Positions 9,792 through 20,239 of a stretch of DNA of 64,000 nt are shown one piece after another; positions within the stretch are counted from its first letter, which is position 1, and the number at the start of each line of letters is the position of its first letter. Under the pieces are notes generated by a model. It was given only the letters and a program-made list of their open reading frames with translations, was not told the DNA's origin and did no database searches. The translations under genes were made by a program, and so were the position numbers. Source of the stretch: an uncultured bacterium (GTDB lineage: Bacteria; Verrucomicrobiota; Verrucomicrobiia; Limisphaerales; UBA8199); assembly GCA_963749495.1 (NCBI GenBank), contig CAVVMW010000021.1, forward strand, positions 608,001 through 672,000. Reading direction: 5' to 3'.

Positions 9792-12092
9792 CTATTTCTG
9801 GTGTTGTTGGATGGCTTCGATGAATTCGCGCGCTTTTTGATTCTGCGGTTCCAGGCGTCGCGTCGTTTCGAAGTGGGCGAGGGCTTCCTCGATCTGGCCC
9901 TGGCGCGCCAAAGCGATGCCGAGGTTCAGATGGCCCTGAGCCCAGTCGGGGCGAAGGCGCACGACCGCCTCGAATTCCATTCCGGCCTCGTGGAACTTGC
10001 CTTGAAGGGCCAGTTCGAGGCCCAGCCGGTCATGGGCTTCCCAATACGCAGGCCGGAGCCGGATCGCTTCGCGCAGACTTTGGGCCGCCTCAGTCCGCTT
10101 CTCTTGTTCTTCGAACACCTGCGCCCGAAGCAGGCAGATTCGAGCGGGATCCAGGTTGGAACGCCCGGCCAGCGAGTAGGCATGGAGGGCCTCATGGAAC
10201 CGGCCTTGTCTGACGCGAACCTGGCCCAATTCCACATAGATATCGCCTGAGTCTGGCCGCGCGGCCAGGGCAGCCTCGAAGGCCTTGGCGGCCTCTTCGA
10301 AGTGCCCCTGCCGGGCCAGGAGCCGCCCGAGTTGGAAATGACCCGAGTAATGCTGCGGCACCAGGCCGCAAACCATGCGCATCTGCTCCGCGGCCTGGGC
10401 CAGATCGCCGATGGCCGCGAGGAATTCCGCGTAGTTATGGTGCAGCCAGTGGTCCCTGGGTCGCTTTTGGATAGCCTGTTGATAAGTCAGGCGCGCTGCC
10501 CGGACAGCCTGCGCCTGCAGGCGGCCCTTGCACTCGGTCAGACGCATCTCCAGCTTGCGGAGAGAAACCGCATGGCCGGCCTGGTTGGTGAAGGGCGCAT
10601 CGGATATGCGCCGCTCGATGTCCTCCAAAATCGTGCAGCGGTTCCAATCCGTCAGCCCGAGGTCTCGCGCGCAGGTTGCCGCATCTTCCCACGAGGGATT
10701 CCGGCCGCCCGAGAGTCTCCCGGGCAGGACGGTCACGGCCTTCTCAGCCAGCGCGCGCGCCAACTGGTAATTTCCCTCGAAGTTCAGGTGCACGTGCTCG
10801 TAAAAGCATTCGTCCCCGGTGACGTGGCTCGCGCTCAGCGGCGCCAGCGCCGCTTCCGCGTCCAGGAAGACCACTCCTTGGCCTGCGTAGCGCCCGGCGA
10901 CCTCGCGAATAATCCGGTTGATGGCCGTGTCCGCGCGGAAGAGCAAGCTGTCCGAATCCCGTGCCCTTCGGAAGCTTTGTGCCGCGGCGCCGGTATTGGT
11001 CATTTCAAGAAGACACTGGCCGAGCCGGAAATGGCCTTCCGCGTAGAGCGGGCTGAGTTGGGCCGCCGCCCGGTATTGCTCGAGGGCTTGGGTAAAATCT
11101 CCCCGCTCCAGGTTGGTCAGGCCGGTCTGGAATCGCCTCTCCCACTCCGCCTGCCTCGAGCCCTGGAGGGCGGGCGCATGGACCGAGGCGAAAGGCGCGC
11201 AATCCTTCAGGTTGCTCGCCACGCCGCTGAGCACCACCGGCACTCCCCACCGCCTGGCAACCAGCACGATGTCCTCCATGTTGCGGCGAAAACTGGCATA
11301 GATCCTCTCTTTGCGAGGGTCGGCGGGTGAAACCTGCTGATCCAGGAACACGCGCATGCCACCCCAAGCGGTCGGGCTGTTGGCGCTGTGGTTAAGCCGC
11401 CGGGCCAGCGCCATTAACAACTGCCCGGTCCGGGTCCGTTGCAAGGCCAGGTAAGCGCGAACGGTCCAATTCGCGGGCGCGGCGGGTCCGAAAACAGTGT
11501 TGGCGCCAAAGGGGCCTACAAACTCGTTGTGCCCCGTGTAGATTATCCACAGGTCACCCTGGTATCGGGCGCACTCCCGGGCGATCGGCAGGAGGCCGTG
11601 CGAGTTGATTGCCGTAGTGCCGACGCAAACCACCTCGAACTGCCGCTCTGGAAATCGAGCCCTCAACAAGGCCTCCAGGCACCGCCCCATCCCATAAGCG
11701 GGCCGTGGATCTCCCATGGCCGCCGATTCCCCAAACAGGAAGATGCGACAGACTCCCTTTGGCTTGGGGGTTTGCACGACCAAAGGGCTTGGGCTGCGGG
11801 CTTGGGCGGGCGCGAAGAAGCTCAATCCGAACCAGGGGTTCTCCACCAAGACCGCCTTGCCGCCTATCTCCCGAGGAAGGAAAAACGACGTCGGATGGCC
11901 AAAGCCGCCCGCCCGCAGAATCACCTCGAGCAGGACTAGCGGGAGCAGCACCACCACCAGCGCCAGAAGCCTGAATAGCCACCGATACCCTCGCGGAACG
12001 CCGGATGAAGCTGAGGCCCCGGGTGCCGGCAGCCCCGATACGGGGTCTGGCTTGCTTTCTGGCGCTTTGCCGGCCCGGCGATTCGCTTTCAA
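9792..12092 (-). CDS. Membrane-anchored SGNH/GDSL-like domain + TPR protein
   Basis: N-terminal TM helix; GESAAMG, GHNE and FYEHVH blocks; C-terminal TPRs. Confidence 0.8.
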   Translation of the reverse strand: MKANRRAGKAPESKPDPVSGLPAPGASASSGVPRGYRWLFRLLALVVVLLPLVLLEVILRAGGFGHPTSFFLPREIGGKAVLVENPWFGLSFFAPAQARSPSPLVVQTPKPKGVCRIFLFGESAAMGDPRPAYGMGRCLEALLRARFPERQFEVVCVGTTAINSHGLLPIARECARYQGDLWIIYTGHNEFVGPFGANTVFGPAAPANWTVRAYLALQRTRTGQLLMALARRLNHSANSPTAWGGMRVFLDQQVSPADPRKERIYASFRRNMEDIVLVARRWGVPVVLSGVASNLKDCAPFASVHAPALQGSRQAEWERRFQTGLTNLERGDFTQALEQYRAAAQLSPLYAEGHFRLGQCLLEMTNTGAAAQSFRRARDSDSLLFRADTAINRIIREVAGRYAGQGVVFLDAEAALAPLSASHVTGDECFYEHVHLNFEGNYQLARALAEKAVTVLPGRLSGGRNPSWEDAATCARDLGLTDWNRCTILEDIERRISDAPFTNQAGHAVSLRKLEMRLTECKGRLQAQAVRAARLTYQQAIQKRPRDHWLHHNYAEFLAAIGDLAQAAEQMRMVCGLVPQHYSGHFQLGRLLARQGHFEEAAKAFEAALAARPDSGDIYVELGQVRVRQGRFHEALHAYSLAGRSNLDPARICLLRAQVFEEQEKRTEAAQSLREAIRLRPAYWEAHDRLGLELALQGKFHEAGMEFEAVVRLRPDWAQGHLNLGIALARQGQIEEALAHFETTRRLEPQNQKAREFIEAIQQHQK

Positions 12093-12179
12093 CGAGGCAC
12101 GACCTTAGGGTTTCCCGCCCCCGACGGCAAGCCGAGAGTGCGGGCGCATCCCGACACGGACGTAGGACAAGAATCTTCA

Positions 12180-12440
12180 CAAAATGGGTCTTGCTAGGCT
12201 TTCGTCACAAAGAGCATGTAGGAATCCAGACACGAACTGGCACGGACCCGGTCGATGCCGCCGCATCAGGCCACATCTTCGTTTCCTTCGTTTCCTTCTG
12301 TTTTGTTCCTGTGCCCAGCCGGCGGGATGCAGGAAAAGAACAGAAGGAAACGAAGGAAACGAAGGATCGAAGACCCGGATCGGCTCGGAGGGTTGCGATC
12401 TGGAGGTCCGAGAAGCATTCTGTCTCACACCCTCTCCACT
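12180..12440. repeat. Dispersed ~250-bp repeat, family D (ttcgtttccttcgtttccttctgtt...aacagaaggaaacgaaggaaacgaag)
   Basis: Copies at about 51765-51990 and 53075-53285, including sequence flanking the hairpin. Confidence 0.85.
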
Positions 12441-12550
12441 GTAATCAGGCCTTCGGCCTGAACACCGGCAGAAACTGATCGGACTGGACGCTCGATGGGG
12501 CGGGGGCTAACCTCACAGCGTTGCGCAGAGTCACTTCACAGCGTAAACCC

Positions 12551-14587
12551 ATGTCGGCGACGCGAGATCCCGCGCCGGCCAGCGGCGGGGGCACGGCGAC
12601 GTCGCGTCGGCGGATGTGGTTCCGCCTGGTGTCCGCGGTGGGGATTCCATTGGTCTTCTTGCTGTCGGCCGAGGGCGTCCTGCGGTTGGCAGGCCAGGGG
12701 TATTCTCCCCATTTCTTCGAGAAACGGATGATCCAGGGCCGCGCCAGTTGGACCGACAATCAGGATTATGGCCGGCGTTTCTTTCCGCGCGGGCTGGTCC
12801 GGTATCCACGGCCCTTCACGATACCGGTGGTGATGGAGCCGAACACGCTGCGCATTTTCGTGCTCGGCGAGTCGGCGGCGATGGGTGACCCGGACTTCAA
12901 GTTTGGCCTGCCGCGGATGGTGGAAGTGCTGATGCGCGAGCGTTTTCCCGGCCGGCGAATCGAGGTGATCAACGCCGCCATGGTGGCGATCAACTCCCAT
13001 GTCATCCTGCCGATTGCCCGGGACTGCGCTCAAAAGCATGGAGACCTGTGGGTCGTCTATATGGGGAACAACGAAGTCATCGGGCCGTTTGGCTCGATCT
13101 CGGTCTTCGGCGCGCGGGCGCCCGCCCTGCCCCTGGTCCGGGCCGCGTTGTGGGTGAAGGCGACAAGGCTGGGCCAGTTGCTGGACGGGGCGCTGGATTT
13201 CGCGTTCCAGGCGAACCGGCCTTTGCCGGAGTGGACCGGGATGGCAATGATGGCGGACCTGAAGATTCGTCATGACGCGCCGGCGAGCCAGAGGGTCTAT
13301 CGGCATTTCGAGAGAAACCTGGCCGACCTGCTGGCGACTGGCGCGCGCGCCGGCGTGCCGATCCTTCTCTGCACGGTCGCCGCCAACCTCAAGGATTGCG
13401 CGCCCTTCGCATCGCTGCACCGGCCGGGCCTTTCTGACGCCGAGTTGGCCCAGTGGCAGGCCGCGTATGACGCGGGAGTCGCGTGGCAGGACCAAGCCAA
13501 ACCGGCCGAGGCCAAGGCGGCTTACGAACGGGCCGCCGGGATTGACGGCGAGTTTGCCGAGCTGGCCTTTCGCCGGGCCGAATGCTGCCGCCTGCTGGGG
13601 CAGGATGCCGAGGCGGCGGCCCTGTTTGGCCTGGCCCGCGACAATGACGCGCTCCAGTTCCGCGCCGACGCGCGGATCAACGGGATCATCCGGCGGGCAG
13701 CGGCCGCATTCGCCGCCCGGGGGGTGGGCTTGCTGGACGCCGAGGCACTCTTTGCCGCAAACAGCGAGCAGGGAGTGCCGGGCGCCCAATACTTTTATGA
13801 GCATGTCCACATGACGCCGGAGGGGAACTACCTCCTGGCCCGGGCGGTGGCGGAGCAGGCTGCCCGGGCACTCTCGTTGGGCGAATCCGGCCAATGGCTT
13901 TCGCAGGCAGAATGCCTGCGGCTGCTGGGATTGACGGACCGGAATCGCTACGAGGCGCTGGATGTGATACGGGAACGTCTGGAGGGGCCGCCTTTTACGA
14001 GCCAGGTTGGTCACGCCCGCGACCTGCAGCGAATCAACGAGCAACTGGCCCGGCACCGGCTCGGCAGCAAGCCGGCCCAGGTGCGGCGCGACATAAAGCA
14101 GCTCTCCGAGTTGGTTGCCCGTCACCCCGAAGACACGGACCTGCGCTGGAACCTGGCCGCAGCGTTGGAAAACGGCGGCGACGCACCATCGGCCGAGCAA
14201 CAGTGGCGGGCGCTGATCGCCATGCAGCCGCAGGCCGCGTTGCCTCGCATCAACCTGGCCAAACTGCTCGAGGGCCTTGGCCGCCAGGCCGAGGCCTTCA
14301 CACTCTACAGTGAGGGCCTGCGCATAAACCCTGAGTATTACCCCGCCCGCTACGCGCTGGGCTCACTCTGCCTGCGAATGGGCTCCTTGCGGGAGGCCAT
14401 CCACCACTTGAAACAGGCGGTGCGGCAAAAGGCAAGTTCGATCGATGCCCGCCTGACTTTGTGCCAGGCCCTGGCCCGGGCAAAGCGGCCGGCTGAAGCG
14501 CAGAAACAGGCCCTCGAAATCCTGCGCCTCGACCCGAATAACGCGCCGGCGCGGGCCCTGCTCGAGAGCCTGCGCCAGGCGCGGTAG
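12551..14587 (+). CDS. SGNH/GDSL-like + TPR protein, paralog of 9792..12092
   Basis: GESAAMGDP, YMGNNE, NLKDCAPFASLH and FYEHVH motifs; TPRs. Confidence 0.82.
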   Translation: MSATRDPAPASGGGTATSRRRMWFRLVSAVGIPLVFLLSAEGVLRLAGQGYSPHFFEKRMIQGRASWTDNQDYGRRFFPRGLVRYPRPFTIPVVMEPNTLRIFVLGESAAMGDPDFKFGLPRMVEVLMRERFPGRRIEVINAAMVAINSHVILPIARDCAQKHGDLWVVYMGNNEVIGPFGSISVFGARAPALPLVRAALWVKATRLGQLLDGALDFAFQANRPLPEWTGMAMMADLKIRHDAPASQRVYRHFERNLADLLATGARAGVPILLCTVAANLKDCAPFASLHRPGLSDAELAQWQAAYDAGVAWQDQAKPAEAKAAYERAAGIDGEFAELAFRRAECCRLLGQDAEAAALFGLARDNDALQFRADARINGIIRRAAAAFAARGVGLLDAEALFAANSEQGVPGAQYFYEHVHMTPEGNYLLARAVAEQAARALSLGESGQWLSQAECLRLLGLTDRNRYEALDVIRERLEGPPFTSQVGHARDLQRINEQLARHRLGSKPAQVRRDIKQLSELVARHPEDTDLRWNLAAALENGGDAPSAEQQWRALIAMQPQAALPRINLAKLLEGLGRQAEAFTLYSEGLRINPEYYPARYALGSLCLRMGSLREAIHHLKQAVRQKASSIDARLTLCQALARAKRPAEAQKQALEILRLDPNNAPARALLESLRQAR

Positions 14588-14610
14588 CGCTCCCGACGAA
14601 CCCCATAGAC

Positions 14611-15471
14611 CTATCGCTTGCTATCCTGCGGCCCGGACCCGCGGGCCTGGATCGCCGCGAGCGCCGACTTGGCCGGTCCAAAGTCCGGTTTCAGACGCAG
14701 GACGGTTTCAAACTCACTCCGCGCCTTGCTGACTTGTCCGGCTTGCAGGCAATTCATCCCGAGGTTGAAGTGCGCCTGCCAGTAGTCCGGATTGAGTTTG
14801 ACGGCTTGTTGAAAGTGCGCCGAGGCGGCGTCGGCCCGCCCGAGCTTCTGCAACGCGGTGCCCAGATTGTTGTGGGCGGAGGCATAATCGGGCATGAGTT
14901 TCACCGCCTGCTCGAGGTGCTGGATGGCTTCCTCGTTCCGCCCGAGATGCATTAGGGCATTGCCCAGATTGTTGTGGGCCTCGGCATAGTCTGGAAGAAG
15001 GCGCAGGGCCTCCCCGTATTGCTGGGCGGCTTCCTCGAATCTGCCCTGCCGCGCCAGGGCCAATCCCAGGTTGTAATGAACGTCCTCGTCCTGCGGCTTC
15101 AATCGCATCGCCTCGGTCAGGGCCTGGGCGGCCTCGGCCGGTTTGCCATCATCGAGCAGTTCGCTGGCGCGGTTCATCTGGACGGTGAACTCCGGCTGGC
15201 CGTTGGCAGCGCGGGTAGCGGGTTGGGCGGCTGGCGCGTCGGAGGGCAGCCCTGCCTGGGCGAGCGGAGGCGCCGCCGCCTCCATCGGCGTTTGGCCTGA
15301 AGGCCTCGATGACCTCAGGGCGAACCAGACCGCCAGGGCAATGGCGCCCAAAACAGGGAGAAGCGCCAGTCTCCAGCGGGACCGGCCGCTAGCTGGGGGC
15401 GCCGCGGAACGAGGGCGGTTTCCGCCCTGTTGATGGGACGGACGACGGCGCTGGTTGTGCCTGGCCTTCAT
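14611..15471 (-). CDS. Membrane-anchored TPR protein
   Basis: TM helix followed by AHNNLG-type TPR repeats. The ORF portion upstream of ATG 15471 runs through a repeat. Confidence 0.85.
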   Translation of the reverse strand: MKARHNQRRRPSHQQGGNRPRSAAPPASGRSRWRLALLPVLGAIALAVWFALRSSRPSGQTPMEAAAPPLAQAGLPSDAPAAQPATRAANGQPEFTVQMNRASELLDDGKPAEAAQALTEAMRLKPQDEDVHYNLGLALARQGRFEEAAQQYGEALRLLPDYAEAHNNLGNALMHLGRNEEAIQHLEQAVKLMPDYASAHNNLGTALQKLGRADAASAHFQQAVKLNPDYWQAHFNLGMNCLQAGQVSKARSEFETVLRLKPDFGPAKSALAAIQARGSGPQDSKR

Positions 15472-15589
15472 ACCTGTCGAGAGGATTCTAAAGCCTGTAC
15501 CATGGCGGGCAATAACAACCTGCGCTCGGTTGCAGCTTGGGGCCGATTCAAGAAGCACACGATTTGGAGCGCGGTGTCGGGAATCCCGC

Positions 15590-15685
15590 AAGGTTTTGGA
15601 CTGCGGTCCCGATGCAGTATCGGGACCGTTTTTCGGACCCTTGGGACGCGACAGCGGCAGAGGACTGCCGCAGTCCAAAACGCAA
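15590..15685. repeat. REP-like family C (gttttggactgcgg...ctgccgcagtccaaaac)
   Basis: Inverted arms; further copies near 40830, 45225 and 47455. Confidence 0.8.
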
Positions 15686-15771
15686 GCGAGCGCCGGACAT
15701 GTGTCCAACTTCCCCGCCGACTCCCAAAGGGCCTGCCCGCAGTGCCGCTTCCGCCTTCACCGAGGCCTTGC

Positions 15772-15800
15772 AAAAAAGAGGCCGGGCTTTCGCCCGGCCT
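15772..15800 (-). terminator. Intrinsic terminator after the exoprotein gene
   Basis: Hairpin aggccgggc-tttc-gcccggcct with a T tract on the minus strand; second hairpin at about 15818-15843. Confidence 0.75.
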
Positions 15801-15862
15801 TTGGTTGAAAGGAGGGTCAAGCCGGGCGGTCGCCCGGCTCGATTCGTGTTGCGCCCCTGGCC

Positions 15863-18800
15863 TTATGGGCCGGCGCGGTAGAAGGCCGTTGGCGCACCCG
15901 CCGGGACGGTGTACGGGCTGGTCGCGCCGGTGACAACTGTCCACGGGCCTTTAAGAGACGGGGCCGAGTAGAGGTTGCCCGTGAAGGTGATGCTGGCGGT
16001 CGTACCCGCCCGGGCGATGCCCAGGGCCGGATGACTGGATGGAGGCGCGAGGGTGGGGTTCACCAATTGGACTGCGTTGATCGGGGCGCGCGGCGTGCTG
16101 CTCATACCCCGGGCGCTAGTGGTGCCCAAGCCGTTGGCAGTCGAGGCCTGGATGGTGATGTTGGCGGAGGTGAGTCCTTTGAACAGGATGTAGTTCCCGG
16201 ACCCGTAGGCGGTCGGGCTCGTGTTGTCCGGCACGGGGGCATAACCGGGAGCAAACCACGGCGTGGTGGCGTACACCCAGTCCTTGAGCACGCTGCCGGT
16301 AACGGCATCCACGATGCGGTAGCCGCCGCCGCGCGTGGCAACGCTGCCGCAGGCATAGACATAAACATCGTAACCCGAGGAGGCCACGGTGGCGGGGATG
16401 TTCGTGATGGTCACCGTAGTGGTGGTGGCATCGCCCGAGTCGAGGTAGCCGGTCATGAGCACGGCGTCCTGGCCATTCAAGATGTTGTTGCTCTCGCCGC
16501 TCTCACCCAGGGTGGCCCAGGTGCCGTTCGCGGCCCAGGTCACCCCCACCGTCGTCGGCACGGCAGTGCCGGACTGGTCGGCCACCAGCTTGTTGGCTGT
16601 GCCGCTGGCGCCGCTGAGGTTATTCCAGTTTGCCTGGGCGATGCCGGGAACGCCGGCAACGGCCGTTGCCGCCAGCGACGAGGGGTAGGTGGTATAGTCG
16701 GCCCCGAATTTCAGGCCGAGGCTGAGGGTGCGCGTGGCCGCCAGCGGAGTTGGCCAGGTGTTGCCGTAATTGCGCATTTTCGCCAGAAACCGGCCGCGCA
16801 GAGCCGCATTATTAGTGCTGAAGTTGCCGGTTTCAGGGGAGTATTCCGGTCCCACATAGACGGTGCTTGGCATCGGCGGGGCGTTCGTGTCGTCATTCCA
16901 CACGGTGGTGCCCATCCACACCCAATTCTGACCGTCATCGGAGCGGAAGTAGCTAAAGTTCGTGCTCCATTGGCGCTGCAGGCGGCACCAGACGTTAGGA
17001 TACAACGGACCGACGCCATTGTAATCCAGCGCGGTGCAACCGCCGCCCACTTGCAAGCGGCGATTGGTCTCCCAACTGTTGTTGCCATTGGCGTCCGTCA
17101 GCGTGTATCCGACCGGGTTTGCATGGATCTTCTGGTAGCGCCCGGCGAGGCCGTCTGTAGGAAAGGTGGGCGTGTTGCTGAGGCCCTGGCTGCCCTCCTG
17201 CTTGCTAGCGTCCATCCCGAAGACGCTCAGGTCCTCTCTCATGATGAGGCCGCGCGGGCCCACTCGCTGGAGAGATCCTGGTAAACGACCTGCAGCTTCT
17301 TGTCGAAGTCGCCCGTGATCGGCTCATAGACGAACGTGGTTTCATCGTAGTTGTTCCATTCGGCCCAACCGTCCGAATAGAGATCGAAGCCGTTGGTGCC
17401 CACGGCCACCACGCCATATCCAGCGGGGAAACCACCCACATAATTAGGCGGCCCTGGATAGTCGGTGGGGTCTGCCGCCGTTTCATCACCGCCGACTTCG
17501 CCCCAGGCCATGCCGGAAACGGTGAACTCGATGTTGGTCGAGCCCATCGTGTTGCCCCAGTAGTCCACCGCGCTTTTGACCGTGGCCGTCGCGGTGGCTC
17601 CCGCGGTCAGGCCGCTGGCCGTCAGGACCACCGCCGGCGAATTGGTCATGATGTTGATGGCCTGAATCGTCCCAGTCGAGAGCGCATAATTGGTTGCGGC
17701 CGTCGCCGAGGCCCAGTTCAACGGTTTGTCGAAGAGGATGCCGACGTCGAAGGTGCCGGCCTGGTTCTTGAGGGCGCCGGCCCCCAGGACCACCGGCGGG
17801 GACGTGTCTGGTACGACCGTCAGCGTTACCGCCGAACTGGTCACTGCCACGGGACCCATCCTGCAAACCACTTGGAACTTGGTGCCGCTGTCAGTCAGCC
17901 ACACGACCGGGACCGTATAGGGATTCGATGTGGCGCCGGCGATGTTCGTGAAGGTGCTGCTGCCCGGCGGGGCGCTTTGCCACTGGTAGGACACTGTGCT
18001 GGCGTAGGGGCTGCTCGCGGTCGCACCCACACTGAACGTAACGGACCTCCCCTCAACCCCGGTCGTGTCCGCCGGTTGGTTAGTGATTGTCAACGATGAC
18101 CCGGCCGGATTGAGGCTGACGCCGACCACGCTGCCCGTCAGCTTGCTCACGTCGCCATCGGCCGGAACAGCGACCGCGCCCCCCGAGTAGGTCGCGCCGT
18201 ACCAATCTCCGCCGGACCAACTGTGGTCATGGTGGAAAAGGATCAGATAATACTTGTTGCCCGCGGTCAGGGTGATGGTGTTGCCATTGGGCCATGCGGG
18301 TGGGGAGTAGGTGGCGGAATTCCAATTCGCCGGGGCCGGAACAGTCGGAGCAGCGGTGTTGCCCGTTTGCATAGTGTTCCAGTCGCGGTTGTTGCTCCAG
18401 TTACCCGGCTCCGCGGCAATCTCGTACATGTTCGCCGGATTGTCGTCCGTGCTCAGGTACATATACCATTCGTCGTCCCCGCACGAATAAAACACGTAGT
18501 CGCCCGATGTTGGCGGGATGAAATAGCCTTCCAGCGAATCATAGTACATGCTCTTATTCGGATCGGCAGCGATTGTGCCGGCATCGTTGGGCGGCCACTC
18601 CCAGGTTGAGACGAGATCCACCGCGTCAGGGTTGTTGGGATAGCGCGGGTCCGCAAAAAGGTTGGCGAGTGTGAAACCGTCCGGCGAACAGTTGTAGTAC
18701 ACTTTGTGCAGAATCGTATTGGCCTCATACACAAAGCTCCTGAACTGGACCTGGGTATTGGGGGCAATCACGTTGCCGGGCACGTCCTTGACGTTGTTCA

Positions 18801-19971
18801 CGGTCAGAGTGAAGATGCTGCTCGGGGGCTGTAAGCTGGTGGTCAGGGCGACGACATTGTCGCCTGGGGTTCCGGGCGCCGCCCCCAATGCCGCTGCCGT
18901 GACCGTCACTCCATTACTGATCGAGTAATTCGCCGTGTTTGTCGCGCTCGCCGGGTCGAGCGGTTCGGAGAACGTGACCACGACGCCATTGAACGAACTG
19001 GAGGAGGAGGCGCTCACCACGGCAGGCGGGGTGGTGTCGTTGGTCACGGTTAATGTGGCCGGGCTGCTGGTCAGGGTCCCTGTGGCGCCGGTGACGACCA
19101 CGTCGAACTTGGCCCCGTTGTCAGCGCGATAAACACGCGAGATGGTGTAAGCGGTGTTGGTCGCATTGGCCAGGGCCGTGCCGTTCATCTCCCACTGGTA
19201 GGTGTAGGGCGGCGTGCCGTCCGGCACGACGGTGAAGGTGGCCGGTTGCCCTTCGATGACGCCCACGCTTTGAGGCTGGGTCGTGATGCTCAGCGGCCCA
19301 AGGGTCTTGTTAATGGTGGACAAATAGCTTCCTGCGATGGGCGCGATTTCATCGATCGAGACCGAGAGGTTGTCGCTACCGCCGCCCTGTTTCATCACAG
19401 CTTCGATGTAGTAGGCCTTGCCCTTGGTCAGGTTAATGATGGCACCGCCGTTAATGGTGTCTTTGGTCGGCCACGTCGTGTTAGTGAAAGTCGAGGAGCA
19501 CTTGGCCGTAACGTCTCCGCCGTTGTCACCGGTGTAGGTGCGCACAGTGGCCCAGCCCTGCTCCTGGGCGATGAGCTTCTTGTTCGCCGCGGTGTCATCG
19601 GTGCTCAGGTAGAGGTCCGAGTTATCGTCCGAGCAGATGTAGAAGACAAAGGGCCCCGTGACATCCGGGTAAAAATAGCCCAGCATCTGGGAGCCGTAAT
19701 CAATATAGCCGCTCGTGTCCGGCGGGGGAGTGCCGGGATCACCGGTCGCCCACAGTTCGAAGTACGTCGGGTAGGCGATGAAATCGGGGTTGTTGGGGAA
19801 GTTGGGGCTCGACGTGAGGGAGGCGACCGTGGCGGCTGGCCCTGTGTTGAAGAAGACCTTCTCTGTGATCATCCCTTGAGGGGTTGGGGGTGCCGCCGCC
19901 TGGGCCAGGCTGACGCCCAGCCCAAGGGCTAACGCCCCGGATGCTATGGTTGTTATGAATTTATTGCTCAT
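15863..19971 (-). CDS. Large secreted PA14-like/Ig-like exoprotein; frameshift near 17250
   Basis: ORFs 17239..19971 and 15863..17263 join as SEWARA|GLIMRE if one G is restored. Signal peptide, two PA14-like domains, Ig domains, C-terminal FYRAGP. Confidence 0.85.
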
Positions 19972-20239
19972 TGGGTTTGTGGTTTAGTAGGTATAGTTGT
20001 TCTCGTTCGTTCACCGCGCCATTCAGCGCGGCCTCGAAACCGGACTGACATCGCCCTCTCCCTCGCCGGAGCAGAGCGATCGACACGCTATGCTCAGCCC
20101 GCAACCCAGCCCCTGTTTTGCGGCTTCAACAGAAAGTCAACCAAAAACAAGCGAAGGTGGCAAGAACAATTTCGCAAGGGTGCATTTGAGGCTCGACACC
20201 CGGCGCATAATGCGTTTGAATGATCGGACTTAGCTCCAC

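Noticed and set aside
12184..12478. Small ORFs containing FVSFVSFC / KETKETK (also near 51737 and 52975)
   Set aside because: Translations of the family D palindrome, not genes.
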